From: Rebecca billardiae RCC1528
Taxonomy: Eukaryota; Protista; Haptophyta
Reading direction: 5' to 3'
Assembly (NCBI GenBank): GCA_965240325.2
Contig: OZ251244.1
Coordinates: forward strand, 868,001 to 932,000
DNA: 64,000 nucleotides
This document shows, piece by piece, positions 36,856-48,088 of this stretch (its first letter is position 1; every line of letters begins with the position of its first letter). The notes beneath the pieces are model-generated. The model was not told where the DNA came from, did no database searches, and worked only from the letters and a program-made list of their open reading frames with translations. Position numbers and translations under genes: made by a program.

Positions 36856-39624
36856 ATGGCGTCGTCTCGCTCGGCGCGCGTCTCGGTGCGCGCCGCGGCG
36901 GCGGCCACCGCGCCGTGTGCGCGTCACGCGCATCCTTGCGCCGCGCAAACCCACGCCCGCGCTCCGCCCGCCCGCCGCGCCGCGCGCGCGCAGGGTGGCG
37001 GCGGCGCCGAGCCGGGCGGCGCCGAGCACGCGCCGCCTCGCGCCAAGCCGAGCATGCTCCCACTCGACGAGGCGACGCTCGTCGCGGCGTTCCAGATGCG
37101 GGACGGGTGTTCGATGAGCGCCGCCCAGCTGCTCACCCTCTTCGCCCCGCGCGACGAGCGCGAGCGCCGCCAGCTCTCCGCGCTCGTCGCGCGGTGCGTC
37201 GACGTGGCTCGCGCGGACGGCGGCGGCGGCGGCGGCGACGAGTCGGCGGTGCTCAGGCTGAAGCCGGCGCTCGAGCGCGCGGTGACGGCCGAGCTGGCGC
37301 GCGAAGGCCCGTCCAGGCGCGCCTCGCTCACGCCGCACTCGGCGCGCGCGCGCTCGCCACCCACGCCGCCCGGGCGGCCGCGCCGCCGGCCCGCGGCCGC
37401 GCCGCCGCCGCGCCACTCGCTCGGCGGAGGGGCGCGCCCGCCGATGGGCGCGGCACGGCACGCGGAGCGCGAGACGGCGCGCGCGCGCGCGCGCAGCCCC
37501 GGCGCGCGCGCCTCCGCCGCGCCGGGCGGCGGCTCCGCCGCCGCGCCCGCGCGGCCCATCTCGGAGCGCGAGATCCGGCGCGTGCTGCTGAGCGCGCCCG
37601 CGCGCGAGCTGGGCGCGGAGCAGCTGAAGGCGTGCTTCGACCTCTCCACGCAGCCGCGCCGACGCGCGTTCGCGGCGTGCGTCGCGCGCGTGGCCGAGCT
37701 GGTCCCGCCGGCGCCGCCGCGCGCGCACGCGCACGCGCCCGCCGCCGCCGCGGACGAGCCGCCGCCGCCCGCGCCCGCGCCCGCGGAGGGCGGCGGCGCG
37801 GGCGCGTGCGCGCGCGGCGTGCGCGTGCGGCTGCTGCGCGCGCCGCGCGCGCCCGGCGCGACAGCCACCGCGCAGGTGGACACGACGCGCGGCGCGCGCG
37901 CGCGCGCGCGCGCGTCGGCCGGCGCGGCCGCGGGCGGCAGCCCCGCCGGTGCCGCCGCCGCCGCCGCGCCGCCCTCCGCGCCCCTCCAGCCGGCCGTGAC
38001 GCCTCTGGAGGCCACTGTGCTCAGGCAGGCGAGCGCGCGCACGCACGCGCGCGCGCGCGGAGGGGCGCGCCGCTGTGTGGTGCGGTGCGCGCGGCTGTGC
38101 GGCTCAGCCGCGGCCTCCCGCGCGCGTGCCCCGCGCCCGCGCCGCCGCGCGCGCAGGTGGTGAGCAGCGCAGGCGCCGCCGGCCTCCCCGCAGACACGCT
38201 GCTCCGGCTGCTCGCGCCGCCGGAGAGCGCGGGCGCGGCCGAGCGCAGCCGCGCGGCGTTTGTGGCCGCGCAGCTGACGGAGCCCGTGCCGCCGGGGCCG
38301 GAGGGTGCGGGCGGCGCGCCGCGCGTGCGGCTGCGCGCGGACGGGGAGAAGGGCGGCGGCGGCGCGCCGCGTGCCGCCGCCGCCGCGCGCGCCGCCGCCG
38401 CGGCCGCTGCGGACGGCGCGGCCGCGCGCGCCGCCGCCGCTCCCGCCGCCGAGCCGCGCGCGCCGCCGCCGCCGCCACCGCGCCCCATCGACGGCGAGGC
38501 CGTGTGCGCGCTGCTCAGCGCGCAGCCGTTTGGCGCGCTCGACTCGGCGGCGCTGCTGGCACAGCTGCGCCCCGCCACGACGGTGCGCCGCGCGCGCGCC
38601 CGCGCGCGCGCCGCCTGCGCGCGCCGCGCCGCCGCGCCGCGCCGCGCCGCGCCGCGCGCTGACGGCGCGTGCGTGCGCGCGCGCCGGTGCCCGGTGGGTG
38701 TGCGCCGCGCCGCGCCGCCGCGCCGCGCCGCCTCGCCGCGCGCAGGCGGAGCGGCGGCAGGTGGCGGACGCGATCGCGGCGGTGGCGGCGGTCGAGCTCT
38801 CGGCCGACGGACGCGCCGCGACGGTCGTCGCGCGCTCCGAGCGCGAGCGCTGGGCGCGCGCCACGCGCGCGGCGCGCGCCCTGCAGCGCCGCGCGCGCGC
38901 CATGGCGGCCGCCGCGCCGCGCGCGCGGCAAGCCGCGGCGGCCGCGGCCGCGGCGACCGCGGCGGCCGAGGCTGCGGCGGCCGAGGCGGTGGCGGCCGAG
39001 GCGGCGCAGGCGCGGCGCGAGGGCCGCGCCGCCACGTGGCTGCAGGCGCGCGCGCGTGGCGCGCGCGCGCGCCGCGCGCTCGCCGCCGCGCGCGCCGCCG
39101 CCGCGCTGCTGCAGGCGCGCGCTCGCGGCGCGGCCGCGCGCCGGCTGGCGCGCGAGGCGCGCGAGACGCCCGCTGAGCGCGGCGCGCGGCTCGCGGCCGA
39201 GCGCGACGCTCGCGTGCGCTCGCGCGCGCGCGGAGCCCATCCGGACATGCTCGCGCGCGCGCGCGCGCGCGCGCTCGCGGCGGCCGGCGGTGGCGCGGCA
39301 GGCGCCCCGAGCGGCGCGGCGCCGGCGGCCGTCGCCGGCGCGAGCAGCGCGTGCGCGGCGGCGCCGGCCGGTGCGGTGGCGCCGCCGCCCTCGTTGCGCG
39401 CGGCGCGCGAGGCGGCGCTGGCTGCGGGCGGCGTGGCCGTGTGCGCGCGGCCGGCGGCTGCCGTGCCGGCGGCTGCCGTGCCGGGCGTGGCGGAAGCGCG
39501 CGAGCCGGTGGGCGCGTCACCACCGCCGTCTGCCGTCGACACGAGCTCGGCGCTCGCAGCTCAGCACGCTGCCAGCGCCAGCCCGTCGCTGCAGGAGTCC
39601 GCTCCGCCGCCGTCGGGCCTCTGA
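36856..39624 (+). CDS. Protein with four putative winged-helix repeats and IQ-like motifs (~825 aa); exons 36856-38028, 38157-38582, 38746-39624
   Basis: Repeats begin LDEATLVAAF / ISEREIRRVLL / LEATVLRQVV / IDGEAVCALL. IQ-like motifs AATWLQARARGARARR and AALLQARARGAAARR. Intron 1 requires a GC donor (CAG|GCGAGC). Confidence 0.6.
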
Positions 39625-40143
39625 CGCCGTCGGTCGCCGGGGCAGCAGGCTGAGCGCGCGCCCGCGGCCCGCGTGCGGCGTGGACCGTGCCCTGGCGCTC
39701 GCCTGCTGGTCACAGGTCAGTCTCTTCGGCGGCGCCGAAGCCTCAGTCTCGGGGCTTATCTGTCAGGGCCTGTTGACGCCGCTGACCGCGGCGGGCGCCG
39801 CGGCGCGGACCCGCCACCCGGGCCGTCATACTCTCAGTCTAATCTTGCCTGTTCATCACGCCGATTCAACTGCGGACGGAACGGTGGGCAAGTCCGACGG
39901 CGACGCCATCGGCTTTGGCTTTAGGACTTATGGTAGGCGCGGCCGTTTGCATAGGTACCGTATCTCCAGGCAACAAGGGTAAATGGGTAATCATCCAGCC
40001 AATGTCCGGCCAATCATCAACGAGCGAACGTGGTATGCTCCCCGGCGATCTGTCGTCAGAACAATGCACCGTTACGTCGCCGGACCAACTTGCAGTACAG
40101 TATTGCGCGCGCACATAATCAAAGCCTCGTCAAGTCGTCAAAT

Positions 40144-40807
40144 ATGAGTGCCCCTATCGGGCGGTGTGATATTTCATATTTGCATATCACGGCACTCGAG
40201 GAAGTCAAACATGCGGGTACGGCCGCAGATAAGCCCATCAACGATGTCTGGATCGGTTCGCGATGCGCTCCGCCGTTCCACGCGGACCAGGCTCGTGGCA
40301 GTAGCTTCCGGGAAAGGTGCGCAGCCGGCACCCTGACGGTACCGTCAGCTAGGTGCCACCCCAATCCCAGCCGTGTACCCAACTCCAGCACCGCCGGGAC
40401 ACATGGGGGCACACGCGGCGTTCAGGCAACGCGCGGCGGTGGGCGCCGTCGACGAGATCGTCCAGAAGCCCAATCAAACGCCCGTCGGCCGCGCGCAGTT
40501 CCTCGGCCGCCCCGTCTTCTCCGCGAAGGAGGTTGCCGCGCACACCGGCCCGGACGATTGCTGGGTGAGCGCACACGGCCGCGTGTACGACCTGACGCCG
40601 ATCATGCGCACGCACCCGGGCGGCGACTACGCGTTGAAACGTAACGCCGGGCGAGACTGCTCGCGGGACTTTGATTTTCACTCAACCGCTGGCCAGCGCA
40701 AGTGGGCGTGCTACTGCATTGGCTGGCTCGCCGACGCGGGCGACGCGCCGCTCCTCAACGTGGCGATCTGGGCGCTGGCGCGGAGGCGAGACGCTGTTCG
40801 CGCGTGA
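40144..40807 (+). CDS. Cytochrome b5-like heme-binding domain protein; probable exons 40144-40255, 40389-40807 (alternative start 40403)
   Basis: FSAKEVAAH..DDCWVSAHGRVYDLT...HPGG...AGRDCSRDFDFHS, with both heme His ligands present. Confidence 0.85.
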
Positions 40808-43411
40808 GCGGCTGCTTGTGGGCACGTTTAAGCTATTCTGCCCCGTATCCCGCTCGGCGCAATATTTCCCGGCAGGGCCGCTGTCGACGAGCGGCGCGAA
40901 CCGCGCCGGCCGCTTCGGACTGGGACTCCGCGGCGCGGCCTGCTGACCGCCTGGTCGTCGACCGACGGTGGGTCGTGGGATGGGCACCGCCCGGATCGCG
41001 CTCTGCCTGATCCGATGCTGCCACAGTCTGATAGAGACAGTACATCAGAGTCGCTACTCGCTAGAGTAATAGTCTTAGACCTTACGGACCTGAAGACGGC
41101 CCAGACGGGGGCCACTCAGACTCTACAGTCACAGACTATTGAGACTAGTGACTGACTGAGTAGCCTGGTCCATCCCGATTTTCGCCGCAGTAAATAACCG
41201 TAAAGAAGAAATGGTCCGCGGCCGTCCGGCCGTGCTGCGCAAACGATGTCCTCGCCAGCACTCAGCAGCGCTCCCTCTGTCCATCCAGCGCCGTGACCAT
41301 CCCGCAAAGTTCCCTCACCTTCTAGACGACGATCTCTGGTTCCAGCATAGGAGACAGTCGAGGTCGGAGGTGTGGTCAGCCCGTGCGAGTCGGATGGAGC
41401 GACCAGCCCGCAGCCGGCCAGTCCTCGTGTGCGGTGTGGCGCCACCTGTGCAGCACGACTTCGGGTTCCGGCATAGCTTCCCCCTGGCTGTGCTCGTGCT
41501 GACTAACCTGACTGACGCGCATCAGTCGGCTGTGACGTCTGACACGATCCGCGGTAAACTATACGAATCTTACGAACGCGCCCTGGTGCCGGCCAGGCGC
41601 CGCAGACGGCGACGCACTGCGAGCGAGCCAACCGCGCCGTGCACTGGCCGGTTGACCCACAAGTGGCCATACGGCGAGACGTCACCAGGCACCTGTCGCA
41701 CGAGTCGCACGTTAATTAACGTGGTGCGCTCCCTCCGCCTCCCTGCCGATTCAGACTTGATGCCCGGCGTCACACCTGACACCAGCTCACTGCCCCAAGG
41801 CCCAGATGTGAGAGGTAAAATGGAGTCTGGGCTGCCGGCCGGAGCCCATCAAGCAGACACGCCTGCGGCTGCTGCAGCCGCATCGTGCTGGCGCTGAGAC
41901 AGGGGACAAAGACCACCCCGTCCGCACCAAGCCATCCGCGATTGTGGTCATCCAGCCGCCCGAGGAGCCAGCCTCGCGCGAGCAGGCGGCAGACAGCTGC
42001 CGCCCGACCACCTGAGCACGGCACCTGGCAGCACATGCCACACAACGGTGGCGCAGCTGCCAAGGGCAAGGCAAAGCGGAAGGACGCAATCCTGCGGCCA
42101 GCGTCGCAGCGGGCATGCATCCAACCCACACGGGAGGCCCGCAGCCACCTAGCAGCCCAGCCCAGCCCGTCACAGACAGTCACAGCACTGGCTCTCGTGC
42201 AGCATCGGCACCCTGCGAGCACGGAGAGTTCAGGACGCAACGCAGGGCGGCGCGCGCGCGGCAAACGAGCCAGGCCGTCACCGCCCGCCTCCACAAGCCG
42301 CCCCCGCGCGCGCGGTGCGCACTATCCGCCCCAGTGGTAGCGTGCAGCGGCGCGCGCCGCGATGACCCTGGTCGAACCGGGACGCACTGCTCACGCCGTG
42401 GCGCGGCGCGACGGGCGCGGCGCGGCGAGGTCGCATGTGCTTCCCCCGGGGGCCTGAGCGTACTGGCTGAGGCCCCCACGCGCGGCGGACTCCGTGCGCG
42501 CCCCGCCTGATGTGCGCGCGGCGCGCGGCCGCAGCGCGCGGCGGGCTTCCATGGGCCGGTGCCGGTGCGTATTCGGTCTCGTCAAGATGCGTGCTCGGTC
42601 TCGTCAATCGTTACCCGCGTCGCTTGCGGCAGGCGCCCCCCCTTCTAGCGGTTCTCGAGGCCAACCATCGACGCTTGGACGCCTACGGCCGCGCCAAGCG
42701 ACGGCGCCGAGCGGGCGCGCGCGCGCGGCACGAGGAGTAGACTCCCGTAGCGTGCCTCCACAGCCCGCCCGCGCCAGCGCACCCGCTCCCGGCTCTCTTT
42801 TCGCTCCGCGGCGGCGCGCGGCACCCGAGCCGAACTGAACGCGTGCACGGCGCACGCCGCAGCGCGGCGCGACGGGCGCGGCGCGGCGCGCTCGGACTTT
42901 TCCGGGAAATGGCTCCGAGCGTACGGGCCGACGCGCCCGCGCGCGGCGCGCTCCGCCCGCGCCCCGCCAAATGCGCGTGTTATCACGAGGCGCGGGTCGG
43001 CACGCTCGGGTGCGGCGGCGCGGCCGTCGCGAGGGGTCCCCGCACTTGGAGGCGGACTAATTCTATGATTTAAAGACACAGGGGAAGCGTCCGGACTCTC
43101 CTTGATGTTGCACAAAGCCGCGGGGGCGGCACGGTTAAATCCGGGCGTGCCCCCCCCGCGGAAAAATGCCGCCGGCTGGCAGCTCAACTTCAAGTTCACG
43201 ACAGCACCTGACAGAGCGCTTGCGGCGCGCGAGAGCTTTATGCTCGTCAAATATACTGCTGCTATGTATGCCCCGCGGCGGACGACTGCTGCTGTCTGCG
43301 GCGGATCCATGACGATGGCACCGCACACACATAGATAAGATCGAGAGAAAGTCCGAGTCCGACTAACAGAGAGACTATCAAGCTAGTCACTACGGACGAG
43401 TCGTCAGACTG

Positions 43412-43412
43412 T

Positions 43413-43470
<58 letters not shown>

Positions 43471-46400
43471 AGAGAGAGACGAGAGAGAGAGAGTCTAGCA
43501 GATCGTCACGCCTCATCACGAGACGACCGCCGGTCCGCCGCCGAGACGACCTGCTGCTGCGGGAGCCCATGGGGTGCGCGTGCCTTGCTGCTCCACGAGG
43601 GTGAGCGCAAGGCGAATGAGCTCCGCCAGGATGGGCTCGAGAGCCGCGACGGGCCTCGGAACCGAGGCTGCGCAGCGGGGAGGTCGAGTGTGGGCTCAGA
43701 TCGTCATCCCGGGCCCCATCCGCGGGGCCGTCCAGTTGCTCCTCGCCCAGGCAGAACGCGCGCATCACGTGGGTCTCGCCGTGATCGAACACCTCCGCGG
43801 GCCAGATGCGTTCGGCGTCTTCGAGGAGTGCCTCGGACAAGGGCAGCGTATCCCCGCCCATGAGCAGCGCGCCGTACATCTTGAGCATCACGGGCTTGAG
43901 GCGGCGCTTGTCACACGGGATCGTGAGCCCGTTCACCATGTGGTTTCGTTCGCAGCAGGTGAAGCGCCCTGCGCACGGCGGTGGCGGGGCGAGCCGCGCG
44001 AGAGCGCGCAGCGCCGGGCGGACCACGCGTCTCAGCGTGCGCACCGCGCACCCGGCGCGAGTCGCGCGCGCGCTCGCGCTCGCAGAGGCGCACCTTCAAA
44101 GGGGTAGAGCATGTTGCTCAGCTCGTTCGCCTCCTGGGCCGACGGCTCGGTCGTGAGGCGCGGCTTTCGCTGTGGCTGCTCGCGTATCGCGCCGTCCGCG
44201 CTTAGGCCCGCCTCCAACCTGGCGGCCGAGGGCAGCCGCGTGTTGAAGCTGATGCGGCCAGGCGCGTGCCGGCCGTGCCGCCGCTCCGTATGCGGCGAAG
44301 GGTCGTTGCTCCGCCTCCCTCCGTGCGAGGGGAGGGGCGGCGTGGCGCTCGTCGTTGGCGTCACCTGTGCGCACTGCCGCACATCGGCCCTCGACGGCGC
44401 GCGAGCGAGGGTGGTGGGCGGCAGGGCAGACGAGGCCGTCATGCGCGCGAGCATGCCGGAGTGTCCGAAGAAGAGCGACTCTGCAAGGCTCATCAGCGGC
44501 GGTGCCGCCCCCTCCTCCTCCTCCTCATCGTCCCCCTTCGCCACCGCGGCCGCGAAGGGCACGAGCAGGCCCCCGCGCTGAAGCAACCGCTCGTCCGCCA
44601 GGTAGATCGACTCGGCGCCGCGGATCAGCTTGGAGAAGACCTCGCACCGGCACCAGCCTCGGCTCGCGTACGACTGGAGGCCGCAGGGCTCAGCCGTGTC
44701 AACGTGTGTCGCCTCGGGCGCGAGGATGATCATGCTGTGCGCCATCTGCGAGTAGTAGGGCAGCGAGGAGATCGCCGCCTGCTGCATCTCCGAGCTCGCC
44801 TGCGGGATGGAGCACAGGTCGATCCACACGTACAGCTCGTCGCTCGGGCCGAGCGAGAGCACGTCGCCCGCGCCGACGGTCGCCCCCACGCTATTGGCGA
44901 GCGGGAGCTCGCCTTGCCTGTGCAACTCGAGGAGCGCGTCGAGTGCGGCGATGAGCGTGCGGTACTGCTCGCCCCGCGGGTCCGGGTGCTCCCAGCCCAC
45001 CCACCTGCGAGCGAGCGAGATACGGGAGCGAGAGAGGGGCGGCGCGCGTGCCGAGCCGTGGCCGGCGGTGCGGTGAGCACGCGCGCGTGGCCGCTGGCGT
45101 GGCTGCGCGCGGCTCGCCGGGCCGGGCGCAGCGGCCAGCGACGCACTGGTGGCTGATGAAGCAGATGTGCCGGGTGAGGGCGAAGTGGAAGGCGACGGCG
45201 GGCGTGTCGAGGAACGTGAGCAGGCCGGACTCGCGGAGATGCTCGTGCGTGCGCAGCTCGCCCAGCTTGCGCAGCTTGCTGAGCGAGATGAGCACCATCG
45301 GGTACTTGAACGTGAGCTCGATCGAGAGCAACTGCTTGCACGCGTCGAGCTGCGAGACACGCATCAGGCGCCGCTCCTCCTCGATGGCGCTCCTGCGCGC
45401 GATCATCTCGCTCGCGTGATGACAGAGCGCGAGCTGGGTCACGATCGTCGCGAGCGAGATGGTGAGGAGCAGGCTCGGGCCGAGCTGCCAGGCGCCCGCT
45501 CTTGCCGAGGCGTCGCCCTGCCCGCCCGCAGCATCTGCATCGGCATGCGCGTCGCGGATGAATTGCGTGCCAAGCACGGACGAGTAGTGGAAGGCCATCA
45601 CGATCAACGCGCCCACCATCGACACGCCGACGCGCACGTCGAAGCGGTCGAGCTGCTTGCCGGCGGAAGGGTGCAGTGAGACGACCGAGACGACCGACGC
45701 GCCCACGATGAGCAACGCGGTGGACAGGGCGACAATCAGCGGGTCGTGCTCCATCCTGAACTGGCCTGAGAGGCCCTGCATGCCGCCGTAGTGCATCGTG
45801 GCGGCGGTGAACACGATGGTGCCTGCCTGCATGGCGAGCCAGGCTACCCTCGCGCGGGCAGACGTCTTCGCGGTGGAGGGCACGGACGCCTGGAGCGCCT
45901 GCGAGAGCTTGTCCGACGCCGCGGCCGTGACTCCGCTGCCGTTGTGGATCGGCGGTGTGAGCTGATCGCCGTGCGGGCGACGGGGGTCCACCGCCGCGGA
46001 CGTGCGGGTCGGCCGGACGGACGCGGGCGAGACCGATTGCATCGCGCCGGAGACGAGCATGCTGATCACGAGAAAGCCACCGACGCACGCAACCACGAGC
46101 GAGCCCAGCGTCCAGCGCGGCTCGAAGCCGACCGGCACAGCGTTGCCCTCGCAGTCGTACAGCAGCATGGCGTCCATGCCCACAAAGTGGGCGACCCACA
46201 CGGCGCACATGCCCAGCGAGATGGCCGCGGAGAGCATGAAGACGTGGCTCCAGCGCCTGAGCCTCGCGCTGACGGCCATCTCGGCCAAAAATTGCAGCGG
46301 GTACGCCCGCGCGGTGGCGAGCGCCCGCGCCGCGGCCCTGCGCGCGGTCAGGACCTGCACGAGTGCCGTGAGCCCGGCGTACGCGCCGGCGGCGGAGGCG

Positions 46401-46480
46401 ACGAAGCTGAGGATCACGATCGGCGCGTCCCACTGTCGCGACAGCACGCAGCTTGATCCGTCGGACACGACGTCGTGCAT
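43412..46480 (-). CDS. MHYT membrane sensor fused to a cytoplasmic HET/TIR-like domain; exons 46480-45147, 45004-44094, 43968-(43412; 3' end uncertain)
   Basis: WDAPIVILSFVAS..AY; AVWVAHFVGM; MHYGGM; FHYSSV. Then YPMV..FISHQW..HPDP..Q..VWIDLCSIPQ..AISSLPYY..RGWCRCE and FEGRFTCC..H..PCDK. Both splices restore conserved motifs. Confidence 0.8.
43418..43492. repeat. (GA)n microsatellite
   Basis: Read directly from the sequence. Confidence 0.92.
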
Positions 46481-46930
46481 GTTGAGTGTCGACCCGTGGC
46501 GTGGTGAGGTTTAGCGGCCAAGCGGAAGGGTCCACCCCGATTTGAGATTCCCTGATGGACCCGCTGAGAACACTTTGATGCCACGAGCGGGCCTATTCTG
46601 CCATTCATCAATGGTTCGGGGTCGCGACGACGGCATATGGCAAAAGATTACCGATGCACCCGAGTTCTACCTGCGCTACCCGCTGGCCGCTGCTACGGCG
46701 AACCGTACTGTAGGCTGCACACATGCACATACTGTATCATATACTTGCTTTCGATAATGATATGATTCATTCGAGATATGGTGTATTCGCAGGTGCAAGT
46801 AAGCGGTAAGGTACGGTACAAGAACGGTAAAATTGCGGGTAACGTAGTTCGGCCGACGATATAATGGGGATTCGCCCCTGATTCTTCTCGCCCATACAAA
46901 AGTTACTGTCCGGAACAAAAAGACCGTCGA

Positions 46931-48033
46931 GGTCGCCGATCCAGCGGAGCGGAGTGGCTTCCGCCTTCCGGCGCCTGAACTTCACCTACAGTACAGATTT
47001 TTGGAGCGGAGCGGCCGCGCGGGGCCGCCGCCGCTGTGGCGGGCCGCTTGGGGCGTGCACGGCGTGGGCTCGTGCGGCCGCTGCTGCGCACGCCGAGCGA
47101 TCTGGCGCGGTCTCGCGGCTTGTCGATGGCCTCGCGCGCCGCAGCGCGCCGCGCGCCTTGCCTAGCTTCGCCTGTCTCGCGCCTCGGCCGCCGTGCACGC
47201 GTGCGCCGCCAAACCGCAAGCTCGGCATACCTCTCAGCCGAGCGTGCACGTGCCTTGCGCGACGCGACGCGGGCATTGCCGCCGGGCGATGTAGGCGCAG
47301 TGTGAGCACGCACCGTGAAGCCTCGGCGCGGATCGAGAACAATGAAATGATGCCGCGTGCGTGCGTGGACCGTCTGTGCGTTGAGCAGTGCAGAAAGCTT
47401 GACGACTGACTCTCTTGCCGGGGCGATCGTCACGTCGCATCGTCACGCAAGGCCCGCCCGCACATCATAGTGGCGTATGTCTTCATGACTACAACGCTCG
47501 ACTAGTCTTCAAGAGTTGCAGCGTCGCGATAGCCCTTCGTTCAACGGAGGCCCGTGATGTCCATTGGCGGTTGGTGCCGTCAGCAGTTGTCGACAGCTGA
47601 CCGAGACGTTGAAGACACTCTCGATCCGCGCCGAGGCTTCACGGTGCTCGCTCACACTACGCCTACATCGCCCGGCGGCGGCAATGCCCGCGTCGCGTCG
47701 CGCAAGGCACGTGCACGCTCGGCTGAGAGGTATGCCGAGCTTGCGGTTTGGCGGCGCACGCGTGCACGGCGGCCGAGGCGCGAGACAGGCGAAGCTAGGC
47801 AAGGCGCGCGGCGCGCTGTGGCGCGCGAGGCCATCGACAAGCCGCGAGACCGCGCCAGATCGCTCGGCGTGCGCAGCAGCGGCCGCACGAGCCCACGCCG
47901 TGCACGCCCCAGCGGCCCGCCACAGCCGCGGCGGCCCCGCGCGGCCGCTCCGCTCCAAAAATCTGTAGGTGAAGTTCCGGCGCCGGACTGGTTCCGCAGT
48001 GGAGTTGAGAGTCGGCGACCCTGACCACCCTTG
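46931..48033. mobile_element. Foldback/MITE-like element, copy 2 (same family as 23431-24510), left terminus truncated
   Basis: Arms ~46931-47338 and 47619-48033 with a spacer homologous to copy 1. Intact right end GGCGACCCTGACCACCCTTG; about 13 terminal bases and the TSD are missing on the left. Confidence 0.9.
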
Positions 48034-48088
48034 CCGGCACCGCGTTCAAACGGTGGCCGACCCGCCGAACGCGCACGCCACCGCGAGC

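Noticed and set aside
41116-43340. Several 100-230 aa ORFs
   Set aside because: No recognisable domain or consistent splice model; a gene could still be hidden here.
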